A stretch of 64,000 bases of DNA, from the NCBI GenBank assembly GCA_002269645.1, contig NIVC01002876.1:68605-132604 (forward strand), in the 5' to 3' direction. Below the pieces are notes generated by a model, which was given only the letters and a program-made list of their open reading frames with translations, was not told the DNA's origin and searched no databases. This DNA comes from Macrostomum lignano (Eukaryota). This document shows, in pieces, positions 50,440-64,000 of this stretch; the stretch's first letter is position 1; every line of letters begins with the position of its first letter. A program made the translations under genes and the position numbers.

Positions 50440-51215
50440 CCATTGTCTCTGGGGGGAGGGCGCCGCTGTCTCTTGGAGGGGGGGCGCCACTGTCTCTTGG
50501 AGGGGGATGCCACTGTCTCTTGGAGGGGGGGGCGCCACTGTCTCTTGGAGGGGGGCGCCACTGTCTCTTGGAGGGGGGCGCCATTGTCTCTTGGGGGGCG
50601 GCGCCACAGTCTCTTGGAGGGGGGCGCCACTGTCTCTTGGAGGGGGGGGGCGCCACTGTTTCTTGGAGGGGGATGCCACTGTCTCTTGGAGGGGGGGGGC
50701 GCCACTGTCTCTTGGAGGGGGGCGCCACTGTTTCTTGGAGGGGGCGCCACTGTCTCTTGGAGGGGGATGGGCGCCACTGTCTCTTGGAGGGGGGGCGCCA
50801 CTGTTTCTTGGAGGGAGGGGGGCGCCACTGTCTCTTGAAGGGGAATGCCACTGTCTCTTGGAGGGGGGCGCCACTGTCTCTTGAAGGGGGATGCCACTGT
50901 CTCTTGGAGGGTGGCGCCACAGTCTCTTGGAGGGGGATGCCACTGTCTCTTGGAGGGTGGCGCCACTGTCTCTTGGAGGGTGATGTCACAGTCTCTTGGA
51001 GGGGGATGCCACTGTCTCTTGGAGGGTGACGCCACTGTCTCTTGGAGGGGGGTGCCATGCACAGTCTCTTGGAGGGGGATGCCACAGTCTCTTAGAGGGG
51101 GATGCCACTGTCTCTTGGAGGGTGGCGCCACTGTCTCTTGGAGGGGGCGCCACTGTCTCTTGGAAAGGGAGGGCGCCATTGTCTCTGGGGGGCGCCACTG
51201 TTTCTTAGGGGGCGT
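50440..51215. repeat. About 23-25-bp G-rich minisatellite (gcgccactgtctcttggagggggg)
   Basis: Direct; G-run length varies between units. Confidence 0.93.
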
Positions 51216-52549
51216 CACTACCCCTGTAGTGTACGCCCTCTATTTCCTCTGGCTCTCTCTGCCAACGTGCAATGGCACTGGTTATTGCGTAACATAGTAG
51301 CCGCAGGTCGGCAATGAATGTATATACTTCAGTAATAAGTCGAATATTTAGTAACCGGTGGATGGTCCAGTTTTGGAGGGGCCATCAAGGGGTGGCGGTC
51401 CTCCTGACATGTATACATTCGACATGACTAGCGATCTCTTATTAAATATTGGTGTTTTAAACACTGAAGTATATAAGCAAGATATGTGTCGATAAATTTC
51501 GCATAAAGGCTTTTACTGCGAAATGCATTTTTTTAAATTGAGTTTTGTTTTTTTCACTATATTCTACATATTCTACGATATCTCACCTCGGAATTTCCGG
51601 ATTTTACTTAGAGCAAGCGTGTGTTTTGTTCGAGATTGATCCACAATTTATCTAGAATAAACTACAAAAAGTAGCTGGAGTGTTTTCTAAACAGATTTAT
51701 CGAAGATTTGCCTTTTCGAGAAAAAAATTTCGACATAAAAATGCGTCTGGAAAATAATTAGCGCCATTTGCCTGAAATTTGTCACACACATTCCTTACAA
51801 AAGCGTTACAATATACATATGAAAAATTCTTCAAAATTGTACAGTAAGACAGAGTTCCTTAGCCTCAGACACAAGCCCAAAGGAGAATAGTTTTAACCTC
51901 ATTTATCTAATAATTTTACTCAAGCTAATTATACTGGCTATGTCCCAGAATACTACTATGATAAACTCTCAAAAAACAACTCTATAAACTTCATAAGGAG
52001 TCTGTAGTTAGTTCAAAAAGGACAGGAACGCCAACAAGAGACCACCAAGTTCATGAGTGTGTTTTTTTAAGTTCTCTCATACATGTATGTATGGTGACTG
52101 TACCCCTCTCAGGTCGCTGTGTGACTCAAGCAAGGCTTTTAAAAGCAGAGATAAGCACAAGAAAGGCCGAATTTGAAAAAAAATTGATACGCGTTATTTT
52201 CGGCGTATTAGATTTCTTCTGTTACGAGAAACAAAAAATCAAAGTGTAACAGAATTGAATTCTGTACAAATCTAACATTGCATTGACAATTTGAATCGAA
52301 GAAAAAAGGATATCTGATCCTTCGCAAAGCTTTTTATTTGTGTAGTTTCTTAAAGGAGAAAATGGTCCAAGAGAAAGAACAAGATGGGCTTGCTAGTTTG
52401 CTAGTTGGCCAATCTCTATAAGTTCTTTTTTGAATAAACTGCCAAAGAAGAAAGTTTAGAGACTCTTCAAGGTTACCAGTACGAAACAAAGTTTGACCGA
52501 CTCCGAAGTGCGTTTCCGCTAGGTCTGACACTATAAAGGCTGACTGAAG

Positions 52550-53172
<623 letters not shown>

Positions 53173-53769
53173 TGTTGCTCTTTGACTGCATGCCAATTTT
53201 TCCATCATCAAGTATATTACTAGTTTATCACAATAGCATCAGTCCTACGTTTCACCAAACAATCCTCAAATAAATAATACAAGATTAAATAAAAATGTGA
53301 CAAGCCAGTTTCGGAAAGACCAGACCAGCCTGACAAATCCGATGATCGCGCCATTGTGTCGTGCCAGCCTACGAGTATCGGCTGCCGGGGGGTGGGCAAA
53401 TTATCTGAAATTATAGTTTGAGAATCAAATCAACATCTCAAATCAACGTCGCAATTTCCGCCCCTATTATTCCTGATAGAAAATATTAGGCGGCGGCTCT
53501 CTTTCACCCACGACTCGCCCACGACCATGTCGAAGTTACCCCCCCCCGTTGTGACGCCCCCGTGTTGATCGTGGGTGGCCCGTGCTTTAAAATCTGTGTT
53601 CCAGACAAGGTTAAAGCTCCCAAGGTTAAAACCCTGACAGGACGCCCAATCTTTTGGCTCGTGGTGCTTTTTAAAGCGCCACCACCAATGAGATTGCAGA
53701 GCCTTCAGTCAGAAAGCTACTATTTTCCCTCAGAAAGCGCCATTTTTTCTTGAAGTAGAAAGCACCAAA

Positions 53770-54570
53770 TTTCCTTTCCTTCAGATTTTCCTTCAGAAAG
53801 CTCTTTCATCCTTCATAAAGTTCCTCCTTCTGTTAGAAAGCTCCTCCTTTTAGAAAGCTCCTCCTTCCTTCAGAAAGCTCCTCCTTCCTTCAGGAAGCTC
53901 CTCCGTCCTTCAGAAAGCTCCCCCTTCTTTTAGAAAGCTCCTCCTTCCTTCAGAAAGCTCCTCCTTCCTTCAGAAAGCTCCTCCTTCCTTTAGAAAGCTC
54001 CTCCTTCCTTCAGAAAGCTCCTCCTTCCTTTAGAAAGCTCTTCCTTCCTTCAGAAAGCTCCTTCCTTCAGAAAGCTCTTCCTTCCTTCAGAAAGCTCCTT
54101 CCTTCAGAAAGCTCCTCCTTCCTTCAGAAAGCTCCTCCTTCCTTTAGAAAGCTCTTCCTTCCTTCAGCAAGCTCCTTCTTCCTTTAGAACAATCCTCCTT
54201 CCTTCAGAAAGCATCTCCCTCCTTTAGAAAGCTCCTCCTTCCTTCAGAAAGCTCCTTCCTTCAGAAAGCTCCTCCTTCCTTCAGAAAGCTCCTCCTTCCT
54301 TCAGAAAGCATCTCCCTCCTTTAGAAAGCTCCTCCTTCCTTCAGAAAGCTCCTTCCTTCAGAAAGCTCTTCCTTCCTTCAGAAAGCTCCTTCCTTCAGAA
54401 AGCTCCTCCTTCCTTCAGAAAGCGCCCCCTTCCTTTAGAAAGCTCTTCCTTCCTTCAGAAAGCTCCTTCTTCCTTTAGAACAATTCTCCTTCCTTCAGAA
54501 AGCATCTCCCTCCTTTAGAAAGCTCCTCCTTCCTTCAGAAAGCTCCTCCTTCCTTCAAAAAGCTCCTCGT
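53770..54570. repeat. 18/21-bp pyrimidine-rich minisatellite (cagaaagctcctccttcctt) upstream of the GPCR gene
   Basis: Direct. Confidence 0.92.
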
Positions 54571-54784
54571 TTCCATTCAGGAAGCACTTCCTGCGCCCTG
54601 GAAGTGGCGTCCAATTGAAGCGCACCAGCGAACCCCTTGAACGTTCATCTTGCATTTAGTGAGCTGAGATTGGCTGGCGAGACGGGGCGGGGCTGATGGA
54701 GTAGCATCTTCATATATTATACGAGCAAGATTAATAATACTCTCCGTGGAAATCCAATTGTTCGCTAAACTCGATCAAGTCGCA

Positions 54785-62731
<7,947 letters not shown>

Positions 62732-63163
62732 GTAAAGCTAATTATTTTTTTCAAGAACTGAAGCTTTTTAGTGTTTTTCCTCACAGAAACAGAGCCTGTC
62801 TTTAATTCGAACTTGCTAATTATTCTTGTCTCCCAGCAGCAGACAAGCAAGGTAGCTCAAATCCTTTGACTGTTTTAACTGGCTTCTGCTTCAATTATGC
62901 TGATTAGAAAAACAAACTGGAGCAGAGCGAGCCCCCTGCCCTTGCCTCGTTGAATTGTGATTGGCGACAGTCGATCCGCAGTCAGAGAGGAAGCGAGCAG
63001 TCAGGCCCATTCCATTGACCCCTGAGCTCGAACACGGATACGAACTCGGGCACACACTTTCATACGTCAGGGCGTGTCATAAAGCTTTTAGTTAGTACGC
63101 TCTTTAAAACTGGCAAACAAGAAACTTCTGTTGTTACCCTGCCTTTCAACCATGGATGAATAA

Positions 63164-63798
63164 TATCGCTTTTGACGCTCTAGATAAGACTTTAGACATT
63201 CAAAATAAGACTGCTAGGATCGCAAGCAAGGCCAGGCTAGCCACGGCCAGAGCAAGCCCAGTCTTGGCTGCAGGAGGCTTGGCCATAGACTAAAAAATGG
63301 AATATCAAAATGAGAATAAGACGCTTAATATGAGACCGGGAGTGAACGTAATTTATTTGCTTTTTGGCAGTCACCATACAAACAGCTAAGGAGAAATTAG
63401 GCAATAAACAAGAAGCAGAATAGCATATCGAAATGTTTAGTCCATCAGCTAGGATGGTTGATCCATTGTTTACTGCGTCGATCAGACGCCGACGGTCTGC
63501 TGCAGGAATCGATGGTGCCATCACAGTGAAATCCAAGGGGTCAGATGCAACCCAAGGGGTGAAGAAGGAGAGCTGGCTGAGGGTCAGAGGGTTAGAGCGA
63601 TATCTGAAGGCTTTCACACTCAGTCTCATATTGAGCGTCTTATTCTCATTTTGATATTCCATTTTTTAGTCTATGGCCAAGCCATCCCTGCAGCCAAGAC
63701 TGGGCATGCTCTGGCCGTGGCTAGCCTGGCCTTGCTTGCGATCCTATGCAGTCTTATTTTGAATGTCTAAAGTCTTATCTAGAGCGTCAAAAGCGATA
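63164..63798. repeat. Long, young inverted repeat (arms 63164-63346 and 63613-63798) around a 266-bp coding-like spacer
   Basis: tatcgcttttgacgctctagataagactttagac...atatgagac mirrors gtctcatattgagcg...tctagagcgtcaaaagcgata with few mismatches; flanked by TAA on both sides. Confidence 0.85.
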
Positions 63799-64000
63799 TA
63801 ACTGGATCGCCAGAAGCTCGATTTTTTTGGTCCTAGCCATAGACAAGCACCAGCATCACAAGAAGCTCAGAAATGCCGTACTTTCACCCTGCATATATTG
63901 CGAGCATGTGCTTGGACATAAATAGAATACTTATAAATAAAGGTTTGCAGCTTCTGCAGCGGCTATTGTCTATGTGTGAAAGTACGTCATTCTGAGCTTC

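Overview
This is eukaryotic (metazoan) genomic DNA with GT-AG introns and GC-rich exons, and nearly every intron or intergenic gap is filled by a different mini/microsatellite. That architecture suggests a repeat-rich invertebrate, possibly a free-living flatworm such as Macrostomum (inference only). I hand-spliced nine host genes: a raw-like gene (partial, minus), CFAP157 (minus), a 4-EF-hand calmodulin-like gene (plus), ALG3, MORN3, CDC40/PRP17 and GRTP1/TBC1D6 (all minus, head-to-tail), a divergent BAP31-like gene (plus) and a divergent GABA-B-type class C GPCR (plus, 3' end unresolved). Mobile elements include an apparently intact 4.2-kb hAT transposon, a decayed mariner, a very old mariner relic in a CpG-free zone, tRNA-derived CORE-like SINEs, a hAT-type MITE nested in a SINE, and fold-back elements. 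The most striking feature is a 5.2-kb tandem array (14430-19632) of about 1.9-kb units inserted in a (GATA)n tract. Each full unit carries a minimal Penelope-type hammerhead ribozyme, and the array's 5' end falls within 1-2 nt of the predicted self-cleavage site, so it is a candidate large, cargo-bearing retrozyme-like element. Most long ORFs in the supplied track are artefacts of tandem repeats. There is no CRISPR array, rRNA or bona fide tRNA gene. All protein identities are from remembered family motifs, not database searches.
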